From an uncultured Enterobacteriaceae bacterium (lineage in GTDB: Bacteria > Desulfobacterota > Binatia > Bin18), in NCBI GenBank assembly GCA_964441775.1, contig CAYTVL010000005.1, positions 160,395 through 224,394 on the forward strand: a stretch of DNA of 64,000 bases, written 5' to 3'. The position numbers and the translations under genes are program-made. Below the pieces are notes generated by a model. That model was not told where the DNA came from and made no database searches. It saw only the letters and a list, made by a program, of their open reading frames with translations. The first letter of the stretch is position 1, and every line of letters starts with the position of its first letter. Of this stretch, positions 8,787 through 18,420 are shown one piece after another.

Positions 8787-10091
8787 ATGCCAGTGTTCTC
8801 GGCCCGAACGTGGAGAAGGAGTTTTTGTGTCAGAACTCTGACACAAGGAGGGGTAGGACTGACACTGCTGCTGTCCTCAGTGGCTGTTTTTGCAGGCTCC
8901 AATCCTCCTCTTGCTTCACAAGATAAAGAACTTATCAAACAGTTGCTCACTCGTATTGATCAGTTAGAAGGACGCCTAGCGGAAGTAGAAGGAAAACAAG
9001 CTGCCGCTCCTCCTCCACAGTCGGCACCCCCGGCCAATACAGCAACGGCAAGTGAGGAGACTCATGAAGGAAGCCTGACTGACGAACCGATGATGCACGG
9101 GGGCATGCTCTCGTCTTCTCCCATGTTGCAGCTCCGCGGATTTGGCGACGTCCAGTATCACACGAGCAACCGGCACGGGGATCACAATGCCTTCACGCTA
9201 GGACAGCTCGATTTATTCATTAGCTCTCGGCTTTCCGACGAATTGAGCGTTGTCAGTGAAATGGTCGTGGAAGCAGATGAAAACAATGCGTTTGGCTTTG
9301 ACATCGAGCGGCTGTTGTTACAATATGCGCCCAGCGATCTCTTTAATATTGCCGCGGGTCGTTATCATACCGCCATTGGCTACTATAATACGGCCTACCA
9401 TCATGGCACGTGGTTCCAAACCGCTATTGGACGTCCCTTTATCTTTGCCTTCGAAGATGGAGGGGGACTTCTTCCCATTCACAACACCGGGGTGACTGTT
9501 TCTGGACGCATCCCCTTTTGGCGGCAACTGGGGCTACGGTACGTTGCCGAGGTAGGGAACGGACGCGATTACACGAAAGATCACGAACCAGTACAGAATG
9601 TCAATGACAACAACCACGGGAAAGCGGTCAACGTCGCGTTGTTTGCTCGGCCAGAGTGGTTACCGGGACTCCAGGGGGGCGTCTCTCTGTATCGTGACCA
9701 TCCTACTCCAAAAGGCTCGCCCAAGTTTGAACAAACCATTGGGTCGGCGCACCTCGTGTATGTCACGCCCACTTTCGAATGGCTGAATGAAGGCGTCCTG
9801 ATTCATCACAACCCGAGTGGATCGCACTCCACTAATACCACGGGGTTCTATACACAGCTTGCGCAACAATTTGGACTCTTTCGTCCCTATCTGCGCTATC
9901 AGTATGTGAATGCACCACAAAGCGATCCTTTGCCGCTTTTTAAGCAGGTGGGTCTGCGGCACGGCCCGTCGCTGGGCCTCCGCTATAATTTCAGCGATTT
10001 CCTCGCGCTCAAATTACAGTACGATTACACCATCATGCGTAAAGAGTCGGCCTTCAGCCAATTCACTGTGCAAGCCGCTTTTGCATTCTAA
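8787..10091 (+). CDS. outer-membrane beta-barrel porin, probably phosphate-selective porin O/P-like, with an N-terminal coiled-coil segment
   Basis: Signal peptide (GLTLLLSSVAVFAGS), then a coiled coil KELIKQLLTRIDQLEGRLAEVEGKQ, then a long alternating aromatic/hydrophilic region ending in a C-terminal Phe (QAAFAF) typical of OM beta-barrels. The size (~435 aa) and layout resemble the Porin_O_P family (recalled from memory, not searched). The start is taken at M18 after the spurious ORF-track extension. Confidence 0.55.
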   Translation: MPVFSARTWRRSFCVRTLTQGGVGLTLLLSSVAVFAGSNPPLASQDKELIKQLLTRIDQLEGRLAEVEGKQAAAPPPQSAPPANTATASEETHEGSLTDEPMMHGGMLSSSPMLQLRGFGDVQYHTSNRHGDHNAFTLGQLDLFISSRLSDELSVVSEMVVEADENNAFGFDIERLLLQYAPSDLFNIAAGRYHTAIGYYNTAYHHGTWFQTAIGRPFIFAFEDGGGLLPIHNTGVTVSGRIPFWRQLGLRYVAEVGNGRDYTKDHEPVQNVNDNNHGKAVNVALFARPEWLPGLQGGVSLYRDHPTPKGSPKFEQTIGSAHLVYVTPTFEWLNEGVLIHHNPSGSHSTNTTGFYTQLAQQFGLFRPYLRYQYVNAPQSDPLPLFKQVGLRHGPSLGLRYNFSDFLALKLQYDYTIMRKESAFSQFTVQAAFAF

Positions 10092-10116
10092 GTGGGGAGA
10101 AGGGGTGGGTAGAACA

Positions 10117-10647
10117 ATGAAGACCATATTGAAGGAGCTGTCTCTTCGGCTTTTCCTTCTGCTGCTCTGGGGGCTCCGGCTTGAACAGGCTGAAGCGCAA
10201 ACAATGTCAAGCCTTGGGGCTTCTCCGTCCGCGTCTGCGCCATTAGCCATTATCGTCAACAAGAAAAATCCGATCGACGGCGTGAGCTTCGCTGAGTTAC
10301 GAGCCATTTTTCTGGCCGAGCAGGGGCATTGGTCGGATGGACACAGCATCACCTTAGTGATGCGGGACCCTGCACAACCCGAACGCGAGGCTGTACTCCG
10401 CCAGATTTACCACATGGAGGAAAGCGATCTTAATCGCCACTTCTTGCAGTTGACATTCACTGGCGCAGTGCAAACCGTTCCAAAGATGTTATCCACCACT
10501 GTCGGGGTGCGCAAATTCGTGTTCAACGTTCCCAGCGCCATCGGCTACGTGAAGCTCACCGACGTTGATGACTCTGTCAAGGTGTTACACGTAGATGGGC
10601 ACTTACCCGGTGAATCGGGTTATCCACTAGTGCTTCCTCCGCAGTGA
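10117..10647 (+). CDS. PstS-like (PBP_like_2) periplasmic substrate-binding domain protein, short form
   Basis: Signal peptide; IIVNKKNPIDGVSFAELRAIF...IGYVKLTDVDDSVKVLHVDG...YPL resembles phosphate-binding-protein-family strands. It is only 176 aa. The ATG at 10117 is preceded by GGGGAGAAGGGG; the ORF-track N-terminal extension (from 9910) overlaps the porin and is rejected. Confidence 0.6.
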   Translation: MKTILKELSLRLFLLLLWGLRLEQAEAQTMSSLGASPSASAPLAIIVNKKNPIDGVSFAELRAIFLAEQGHWSDGHSITLVMRDPAQPEREAVLRQIYHMEESDLNRHFLQLTFTGAVQTVPKMLSTTVGVRKFVFNVPSAIGYVKLTDVDDSVKVLHVDGHLPGESGYPLVLPPQ

Positions 10648-10709
10648 CACACCGCCACGGATCCCCTTCTGCCTGCCAAGATGGAGATGGAAATGCAGAA
10701 AGAACCGCG

Positions 10710-12833
10710 ATGACACAAAATCCAATTTCTCACCGCTGGAGTTTTCCGTTCGCATTTATTCTGATCGGACTCGTTGTCGGCGGCGTGGGCGGCTTTGCTC
10801 TGTACAACCTCCACCAGACCAATCATACGACCCAGCACATGTATGCCGGGTCAGTCTCACAGTTGGATCTCATCGGCGAATTGCAATATCAAACACAGGA
10901 AGCCCGGCGCAGCGTGCAATATGCACTGACCACAACAGACGCCAATCTGCAAATGGAGTATGTCGATCAATCCCGCGCTGCGGACGCCTATGTGGCGGCG
11001 CTGCACGACCAACTTCAAGCGCGATCGCACACGCCGCAGTTAGATCAGCTAAGAGAGCAGTTTCATCACGACTGGGCTGCATATCTGGAAGTTCGCAACC
11101 GGGTGAGCGCCCTTATCCTCGAAGGAAATAGTACAGAAGCGATCGCCCTTGACCAACGTGAGGGAGAGCCAGCGTTCACTCACGCCCGCAATGATTTGCA
11201 GGAAATTAAAATCTCCTATAAGGCGCAAGCCGAACAACAGGTAACTCAAGTAGAAAAGATTTCCTTCCGCACCCTCGTGGAGCTGGGGATTATTTTGTGT
11301 CTGACCCAACTCTTCGCGGCCTTTGCTGTGAAGATGGTGCAGAAGGGACAAATGCTGCATGCCGTGCAGCAGTCCGAAGCCCGCTTGCACGACGTCATCG
11401 AATCTATTGACGAGGGAATGTTTGTCGTTGATCGCGCCGGCAACATTGCCTTATGGAATCAGGCAGCGGAGCGCAGCATGGAGCGCTCTCGCGACCAGGT
11501 TTTGGGTCACCCTCTCCTCCATGCCTTCCCAGAGGTCACCGTCACCGCTTTACAGAGACTCATCAACGATGCCCTTGCGAGTGGACAAGCACGGGCCTTC
11601 GAAGCCCTCCCCCTTGCCTATGGACGAGACATTCGGGAGTTCGCAACGCGAGCTTTTCCTTTTGAAGGAGGGACTACCGTCTTTTTGCGCGATGTCACCG
11701 AGAACCGACGGGCCGAACAGGCGCTCCATCAGAGCGAGAAGCGCTTTCGCTCGCTGATTGAAAATTCCTCGGACATCATCACTATTTTTGATGGAGACGG
11801 CGTCATTCAATACGAAAGCCCATCGATAAAACGCATACTCGGCTACGACCCAGAAGAGCCGCTTGGCCGCCGCCCGACAGACATCATTCACCCGGACGAT
11901 TTAGCGTCTGTGGAAGAAGCGTTCTCCACCCTAGAGAAAACAGAGGGGCCCCTCTCTCTGGAGTTCCGCGTCCGTCACAAAGATGGGTCCTGGCGAGTTC
12001 TTGAAGGCACGGGCAAGAATCTTCTCCGAGATACTGCTGTCGCCGGAATTGTTTTCAACTCTCGCGACGTCACCGAGCGCAAAGAAATCGAACGCCTCAA
12101 GGATGAACTGGTGTCGACCGTCAGTCATGAACTCCGCACCCCGCTCACCAGCTTGCGCGGCTTCGCTGAACTCATGCTCAAGCGCGACTACCCGTTAGAA
12201 AAACAACGGACGTTTCTCACCGTCATCCACACTGAAGCCACACGTCTGACCACGCTCATCAACGATTTTCTCGATATCCAGCGTATGGAATCAGGGCGCC
12301 AGACTTACTCCTTTTTTCCCCTCGACTGCACGCCCCTTTTCCGCGAGGTGCTGACCATCTTCACGACCGAAGACACGAAACACACGTTTAGTCTGAACGC
12401 GGAAGAATTCTTGCCGCTTGTGTCCGCCGACGCCGACCGTCTCCGGCAGGTGTTGACCAACCTGCTCTCCAACGCGATCAAGTATACCCCGCAGGGTGGG
12501 CAGGTCAGCATTGGCGCTCGACGAGACGGCGACGCAGTCTGTATCTCCATTACGGATCAAGGCATCGGCATCTCGCCGGAAGCGCTCCCACGGCTCTTTA
12601 GTAAATTTTATCGAGTCGACAATACCGCCACACGGAACATCGGAGGCACGGGCTTAGGGCTTGCGTTAGTCAAAGAGATTATCGAAGCACACAACGGAAG
12701 AATCTGGGTCGACAGTCAAGTCGGCCACGGCTCAACATTCTCTTTTACATTGCCAATCGCCGCGCTCGATCACGCTGACGACGGGGCAGCCATTGAGCAA
12801 TCGCCGCAATCGTCGGACAGCACCCTCTTGTAA
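10710..12833 (+). CDS. sensor histidine kinase (2 TM with four-helix-bundle periplasmic domain, 2 PAS, HisKA, HATPase_c)
   Basis: TM1 FAFILIGLVVGGVGGFALY, periplasmic helical domain, TM2 LVELGIILCLTQLFAAFAV, PAS regions, H-box VSHELRTPLTSL, N/G boxes (LSNAIKYT, DQGIGI, GGTGLGL). An alternative GTG start at 10644 overlaps the upstream stop (GTGA). Confidence 0.85.
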   Translation: MTQNPISHRWSFPFAFILIGLVVGGVGGFALYNLHQTNHTTQHMYAGSVSQLDLIGELQYQTQEARRSVQYALTTTDANLQMEYVDQSRAADAYVAALHDQLQARSHTPQLDQLREQFHHDWAAYLEVRNRVSALILEGNSTEAIALDQREGEPAFTHARNDLQEIKISYKAQAEQQVTQVEKISFRTLVELGIILCLTQLFAAFAVKMVQKGQMLHAVQQSEARLHDVIESIDEGMFVVDRAGNIALWNQAAERSMERSRDQVLGHPLLHAFPEVTVTALQRLINDALASGQARAFEALPLAYGRDIREFATRAFPFEGGTTVFLRDVTENRRAEQALHQSEKRFRSLIENSSDIITIFDGDGVIQYESPSIKRILGYDPEEPLGRRPTDIIHPDDLASVEEAFSTLEKTEGPLSLEFRVRHKDGSWRVLEGTGKNLLRDTAVAGIVFNSRDVTERKEIERLKDELVSTVSHELRTPLTSLRGFAELMLKRDYPLEKQRTFLTVIHTEATRLTTLINDFLDIQRMESGRQTYSFFPLDCTPLFREVLTIFTTEDTKHTFSLNAEEFLPLVSADADRLRQVLTNLLSNAIKYTPQGGQVSIGARRDGDAVCISITDQGIGISPEALPRLFSKFYRVDNTATRNIGGTGLGLALVKEIIEAHNGRIWVDSQVGHGSTFSFTLPIAALDHADDGAAIEQSPQSSDSTLL

Positions 12834-12984
12834 ATGATTCCCGTAATCAACCGATAGCGTGAATAAAAAAAAGAAACGTACGATGGCAAGCGTCGATAGA
12901 GACAGGGAACCATGTAAAATGAGGTAACAATGTGAAGTGTCTGGCCATGCCAAGTAAAGGATTCCGCATCGTGAGGTCTGCGTG

Positions 12985-13566
12985 ATGCAAGTGAAAAACG
13001 GTCTGCTTCTCCTTGGAAGTATAGTGTGGTTACTCGGGATGAGCGCAGGGACGAAAATCATGCTTGACTACGATTACACTCCGGGAGCAACCGTCTCCCT
13101 TCCTCGCCAGTGGCCTGCTGACGCTCAGATTCAGCCCCTTCCAGGTGAGGCGACGCTCGTGATGGCCGCCCATCCCCACTGCTCCTGTACGCGAGCAAGT
13201 CTTGAAGAGCTTTCCGTACTGATGACACACGCACAAGGGCGGCTGAGCGCGTATGTGCTCTTCTTAAAACCCTCAGAATTTTCTGAAGGTTGGGAAAGGA
13301 CCGATCTTTGGGAACACGCCGTCGCCATCCCTGGGGTGCGAGTTATTGCCGATGATGAGGGAAAAGAAGCTCGTCACTTCCACGCCACAGTTTCGGGCCA
13401 GACCTTGCTCTACGATGCACACGGAGAGTTAGTGTTTAGCGGAGGCATCACCGAATCCCGTGGCCACAGTGGAGACAATGCTGGTCGTGACGCTATCCTT
13501 TCGTTCTTGACAAATGAAACAGCAGAACGAAAGGGCGCTTTTGCTTTTGGCTGCTCTCTTTTTTAA
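12985..13566 (+). CDS. membrane-anchored TlpA-like thioredoxin-fold protein with an atypical H-x-H-C-x-C motif (hypothetical)
   Basis: N-terminal TM helix; LVMAAHPHCSCTRASLEEL aligns by eye with the WCxxC region of TlpA/ResA-type proteins but with CxC; C-terminal ...YDAHGELVFSG resembles the Trx-fold beta4. Function unknown. Confidence 0.4.
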   Translation: MQVKNGLLLLGSIVWLLGMSAGTKIMLDYDYTPGATVSLPRQWPADAQIQPLPGEATLVMAAHPHCSCTRASLEELSVLMTHAQGRLSAYVLFLKPSEFSEGWERTDLWEHAVAIPGVRVIADDEGKEARHFHATVSGQTLLYDAHGELVFSGGITESRGHSGDNAGRDAILSFLTNETAERKGAFAFGCSLF

Positions 13567-13608
13567 CGCCCACACATACATCGCAAAGGCATTGGTAGGA
13601 AAAAGACC

Positions 13609-16275
13609 ATGACAAGTTTCACTGCCTTAGATGAAACGACTGAGCAACGAAGTCTCGTCCTTTTCCAGGAGCATCAGCAAAAGATTTTCAAGCGGACGGA
13701 TCGGTTATTTGCCTGCCTGTTGCTGTTTCAGTGGTGCGCCGGCATTGCTGCCGCGTATTGGCTTTCTCCGCTGACGTGGACTGGCGTCTACAGTCAAACC
13801 CATTTACACGTCAAGGCCGCGTGGATACTCGGTGGCGGGATCATCAGCTTTCCTGTTCTGTTAGCGTTCTTTCAGCCTGGAGCGCTATTAACCCGTCACA
13901 GCATTGCTATAGCCCAAATGCTCATGGGCGCTCTCCTCATTCACTTGACCGGCGGACGCATCGAGACGCATTTTCATGTCTTTGGTTCTCTTGCTTTTCT
14001 GGCTTTCTACCGAGATTGGCGGGTGCTAATCTCAGCCACGGTGGTGGTGGCTGCGGATCATTGTGTACGGGGCCTCTACTGGCCCCAGTCGGTCTTTGGC
14101 GTGTTGACGGCAAGCCCCTGGCGTTGGCTTGAGCATGCTGGGTGGGTGATTTTCGAGGATGTCTTTCTCCTCGCTTCCTGTATTCAAGGAGTGGAGGAAA
14201 TGCAGGAGATCGCTGAGCGACAAGCCCAGCTTGAGGCGAGCAATGATCATGTCCGTTCTCTTAGCGCTTCATCGCCGATCGGGGTTTTTCAAATCAACTC
14301 GGCAGGGAGCTGTAGCTACACGAATGACCGGTGGTATGAAATTGTCGGATTGACGACGGCGGAGAGCAGTCAAGCAAATTTGTCCACACTCATCCACTCC
14401 GAGGACCGCGAGGCCGTTCTTAAGGATTGGACACGGGCAGTGGCGACAAACCGTGAAGTCTCGGTTGAGTTTCGTCTCTTGAGGCGATCGGGAGGAATTC
14501 GTTGGGTCCGGGTTCGTGGCACGCCACTTCAGAGCGCTAATAAAAAGGGATTCGACGACTATGTCTGCACGATTGAAGACATTACCGCACAAAAGCATGC
14601 TGCTGAGGAGTTACGCGAGGCAAAAGAAGCCGCTGAGCAAGCCAGTCAAAGCAAATCGGCTTTCTTGGCGACCATGAGTCATGAGATCCGCACCCCGATG
14701 AATGGGGTGATTGGCATGACTGGACTCCTCCTTGACACCCCGCTGACCGAGGAACAACGCGACTATGCCGAGACCGTGCGGCACTCCGCCGACGCGTTGC
14801 TGACCATCATCAACGATATTCTCGACTTCTCCAAAATAGAGGCGGGCAAATTAGAATTGGAGATTATCGACTTCGATCTCCGCACTGCGGTCGAAGAAGC
14901 GGTCGATCTGTTCAGCAGCCAAGCCCTGCATAAAGGGCTAGAACTGGCGTGCTTAATTCACGCCGACGTCCCCGCCGCCCTGCGCGGCGACCCGGGTCGG
15001 GTCCGCCAGATCTTGGTGAATTTGATTGGGAACGCCATCAAGTTCACGGCGCAGGGAGAAGTGGTGGTCGAAGTACGAACAAGTAAGCCCGACTTCCTGT
15101 GCGGGAAAAATCTCACACCAGCGGCCTCTACCGAGCTGTCTACTCCTCTCACCTCGATACGGCTGTACTTTTCCGTGACCGACAATGGGATTGGTATCCC
15201 GGTCGACCGACGGGACCGGCTTTTTCAATCGTTCTCGCAAGTGGACGCGTCCACTACGCGCAAATATGGCGGCACAGGCCTGGGGTTAGTCATTTGTAAA
15301 AAACTCGCGGAGGTCATGCAGGGCGAAATTGGAGTAGAAAGCGAACCCGGCAAGGGCAGCACTTTCTGGTTTACTGTTCAACTTGAGCAACAGCCTCCAA
15401 AGACTGCCTCCGTGGAAGCGCTTGCTGATCTCCGAGGGATGCACGCGTTAATTGTGGATGACAACGCCACCAATCGGCGCATTTTTCGCCGCCAATTAGC
15501 CTCCTGGGGCGTTACCTCGGAGGAAGCTGCGGATAGCCCGCAAGCGCTCACCCTCTTACGAGAGGCGGTTGCTCAGGGACGTCGCTACGATTTCGCCTTC
15601 CTTGATTTCATGATGCCGTCCATGAACGGGATAGAATTAGGCCGCATGATCAAGGCCGACCCCTCCTTAGCTCACACGAAGTTGCTGCTTCTTACCTCTG
15701 CTGGACAACGGGGAGATGGACAGCTTGCACGCGAGGCAGGGCTTGATGGATACCTCACCAAACCCGTGCGGCAAACGCATTTGTGGGGATGTCTCACCAA
15801 AATCATGGGCGGTGTCTCTTCTGGAGAGTCCACGCCAACATCGCTCGTCACTCGCCACACGGTAGAGGAAAAAAAGACGCACAGTCGTTTACCCATCTTG
15901 ATTGCGGAGGATAATCCGGTCAACCAAAAATTGGCGGTGCGGTTATTAGAAAAATTGGGCTATCGCGCAGATGTCGCGGGCAACGGACTTGAGGCCGTTG
16001 CTGCGGTAGAATGCATTCCCTACGCTGCCATCCTTATGGACTGCCAAATGCCGGAAATGGATGGATTTGAAGCCACCAGAACTATTCGCGGCAGAGAGGA
16101 AGACACCACTACTCATATCCCTATCATTGCCATGACCGCCAACGCCATGCAGGGGGATAAAGAACGCTGCATGGAAGCGGGCATGGATGATTATGTCTCC
16201 AAACCGATCAAGCCGGAAACCTTGAAAACCGTCCTGGCCCAGTGGCTTGCCCCTATCAAGGAGAAGGCGGCATGA
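13609..16275 (+). CDS. hybrid sensor histidine kinase (multi-TM N-terminal sensor, PAS, HisKA, HATPase_c, two receiver domains)
   Basis: H-box [12 protein letters not shown]-box GNAIKFT, G-boxes DNGIGIP/GGTGLGL. REC1 ([12 protein letters not shown]...[11 protein letters not shown]) and REC2 ([12 protein letters not shown]...[12 protein letters not shown]). The N-terminal ~190 aa is polytopic, with a conserved-looking [19 protein letters not shown]...[13 protein letters not shown] segment. Confidence 0.85.
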   Translation: MTSFTALDETTEQRSLVLFQEHQQKIFKRTDRLFACLLLFQWCAGIAAAYWLSPLTWTGVYSQTHLHVKAAWILGGGIISFPVLLAFFQPGALLTRHSIAIAQMLMGALLIHLTGGRIETHFHVFGSLAFLAFYRDWRVLISATVVVAADHCVRGLYWPQSVFGVLTASPWRWLEHAGWVIFEDVFLLASCIQGVEEMQEIAERQAQLEASNDHVRSLSASSPIGVFQINSAGSCSYTNDRWYEIVGLTTAESSQANLSTLIHSEDREAVLKDWTRAVATNREVSVEFRLLRRSGGIRWVRVRGTPLQSANKKGFDDYVCTIEDITAQKHAAEELREAKEAAEQASQSKSAFLATMSHEIRTPMNGVIGMTGLLLDTPLTEEQRDYAETVRHSADALLTIINDILDFSKIEAGKLELEIIDFDLRTAVEEAVDLFSSQALHKGLELACLIHADVPAALRGDPGRVRQILVNLIGNAIKFTAQGEVVVEVRTSKPDFLCGKNLTPAASTELSTPLTSIRLYFSVTDNGIGIPVDRRDRLFQSFSQVDASTTRKYGGTGLGLVICKKLAEVMQGEIGVESEPGKGSTFWFTVQLEQQPPKTASVEALADLRGMHALIVDDNATNRRIFRRQLASWGVTSEEAADSPQALTLLREAVAQGRRYDFAFLDFMMPSMNGIELGRMIKADPSLAHTKLLLLTSAGQRGDGQLAREAGLDGYLTKPVRQTHLWGCLTKIMGGVSSGESTPTSLVTRHTVEEKKTHSRLPILIAEDNPVNQKLAVRLLEKLGYRADVAGNGLEAVAAVECIPYAAILMDCQMPEMDGFEATRTIRGREEDTTTHIPIIAMTANAMQGDKERCMEAGMDDYVSKPIKPETLKTVLAQWLAPIKEKAA

Positions 16276-16355
16276 TATTGAGCTTACCTTCAATGGCATT
16301 CAGTGTAGGAGAAACCCTCGTTTAAGGGAAATAGCCGCTCCCTCAAGCTACAATT

Positions 16356-18395
16356 TCAATCCGCCGTCGCATACTCCGCTACTGGCAGCGCCTGGGGTTT
16401 GCGCAGCACGCGGAACCATTCGCGTAGGGATTCGGCCACGATGACGAGCACGAGCGCCATGAACAGGCCGGTAATCACAGCGTCGAGCCGGTCATTAAAA
16501 ATAAGCGTCTGCGTTTCCGCGATCTTCTCCTCTGGAACCTGACCAGCCGCCAACTTTGCCGAAAGATCAGCCGCATGGGAGAGGAACCCAATGCGGACGT
16601 GCGGGTGAAACAGCTTCTGGTATCCAGCAGTCATCGTCACCGCCAGCAGCCAGACCAGCGGCGTCAACGAAATCCAGGCGTAATGAGCTCGGCTGTTTTT
16701 CAACAAAATTGTCGTCACCACGCAAAGCGCAATCGCCGCCAGTAATTGATTAGCGATGCCAAAGAGCGGCCACAGACTGTTGATGCCGCCGAGCGGGTCA
16801 ATAACTCCTTGATAAAGAAAATATCCCCACGCGCCGACCATCATGCCGCTGGTGAGAATGACGCTGGGATACCAACTGGTGCGTCCCAAAGGAGCCCACA
16901 GTTGGCCGAGCAAATCTTGGAGTAAAAAGCGACCAACTCGCGTCCCGGCGTCAAGAGTTGTCAAAATAAATAACGCTTCGAACATGATGGCAAAGTGATA
17001 CCATAACGCCATCACCGCGCGCCCGCCAAGGGAGTTGGCGAAAATATGCGCCATGCCCACCGCTAAACTTGGGGCCCCACCGGTGCGGGCAAAGAGCGTC
17101 TTTTCGCCGATGTCCTGCGCCAACGTGGCCATTTGTTCAACGGTAACGGGAAAGCCCCAGCCCGTAATCATCGCCGTCGCCGCTTCCGCCGTAGCGCCGA
17201 CTACACCGGCTGGACTGTTGACGGCAAAATAGACGCCGGGCTCCAGCGCAGCGGCGGCGATCATCGCCATGATGGCGACAAACGACTCCATCAACATACC
17301 GCCATAGCCGATCATCTGCGCGTCGGTTTCATTTGACAACAGCTTCGGCGTCGTCCCAGAGGAGATGAGCGAGTGAAAGCCGGAAATCGCGCCGCATGCG
17401 ATGGTGATAAACGCAAAAGGAAAAACACCACCGGCGAAGATTGGTCCCGTGCCGTCTACGAATCGTGTCAACGCAGGCAAGTGAATCTCCGGCATCGTGG
17501 CCAGAATACCCACCGCTAACGCCACGACGGTGCCGATTTTGATAAAGGTGCTCAAATAATCGCGCGGGGCCAGCAGGAGCCACACTGGCAAGACTGAAGC
17601 GGCAAAGCCGTAGGCAATCACCATGAGGGCAATCTGGGGCCCACTAAATGTGAACCATGACGCTAGCGTCGGATGCCCATCGACCCACCGCCCCCCGACC
17701 AAAGCGAAAGCTAACAGCACAAGACCAATGATCGTGGCCTCAAGCACTTTATCTGGGCGCACGAAGCGCATGTACCAGCCCATCAGCAACGCGATCGGAA
17801 TCGTGGCGCCAACTGTGAAGGTCCCCCACGGGCTGCTCCGTAGGGCATTAGTCACCACCAGTCCCAAAACGGCGATGAGAATGATGATGATCATGATAAT
17901 GCTGATCATCGCTACGAACCCGCCGAGCGGACTAATTTCTTCCTTCGCCATCTGCCCTAGCGATTTACCCTCGCGCCGCACGGAGCCACAGAGCACGCAG
18001 AAATCTTGCACCGCCCCGCCAAGCACAACCCCGGCGAGAATCCACAGCGTGCCAGGTAGATAGCCAAACTGGGCCGCGAGCGTAGGACCAATCAACGGCC
18101 CAGGACCGGCAATCGCGGCAAAATGGTGACCAAATACCACCCAACGATTGGTGGGCACAAAATCGCGGCCATCATTGTAACGGATCGCGGGCGTTTCATG
18201 GGACTCATCGAGGGCGAAGACTTTGGCCGCGAGGAAACTACTATAAAACCGATAGCTAATGGCGTACAGACAGAGTGCGGCAACGACGAACCAGATCGCG
18301 TTAATGCTTTCTCCACGGCTGAGGGCGATCATGCTGATGGCCCAGGCCCCTCCCCCACTCAATACGAGCCACATCAGACGAGTCAGCCACTGCAT
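16356..18395 (-). CDS. cstA: carbon starvation protein A (peptide/pyruvate transporter CstA family)
   Basis: ~680-aa polytopic protein with CstA N-terminal signature (SINAIWFVVAALCLYAISYRFYS, FGHHFAAIAGPGPLIGP). Start taken at MQWLTRL (M23 of the ORF-track frame). Confidence 0.9.
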   Translation of the reverse strand: MQWLTRLMWLVLSGGGAWAISMIALSRGESINAIWFVVAALCLYAISYRFYSSFLAAKVFALDESHETPAIRYNDGRDFVPTNRWVVFGHHFAAIAGPGPLIGPTLAAQFGYLPGTLWILAGVVLGGAVQDFCVLCGSVRREGKSLGQMAKEEISPLGGFVAMISIIMIIIILIAVLGLVVTNALRSSPWGTFTVGATIPIALLMGWYMRFVRPDKVLEATIIGLVLLAFALVGGRWVDGHPTLASWFTFSGPQIALMVIAYGFAASVLPVWLLLAPRDYLSTFIKIGTVVALAVGILATMPEIHLPALTRFVDGTGPIFAGGVFPFAFITIACGAISGFHSLISSGTTPKLLSNETDAQMIGYGGMLMESFVAIMAMIAAAALEPGVYFAVNSPAGVVGATAEAATAMITGWGFPVTVEQMATLAQDIGEKTLFARTGGAPSLAVGMAHIFANSLGGRAVMALWYHFAIMFEALFILTTLDAGTRVGRFLLQDLLGQLWAPLGRTSWYPSVILTSGMMVGAWGYFLYQGVIDPLGGINSLWPLFGIANQLLAAIALCVVTTILLKNSRAHYAWISLTPLVWLLAVTMTAGYQKLFHPHVRIGFLSHAADLSAKLAAGQVPEEKIAETQTLIFNDRLDAVITGLFMALVLVIVAESLREWFRVLRKPQALPVAEYATAD

Positions 18396-18420
18396 GGTTG
18401 CCCTCCCTTTTTCTTCCCGC

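Noticed and set aside
9910-10116. N-terminal 69 codons of ORF 9910..10647, overlapping the porin gene 3' end
   Set aside because: The extension overlaps the porin CDS in another frame and has no domain content. The ATG at 10117 is preceded by a GGGGAGAAGGGG SD and begins a proper signal peptide, so the extension is treated as spurious.
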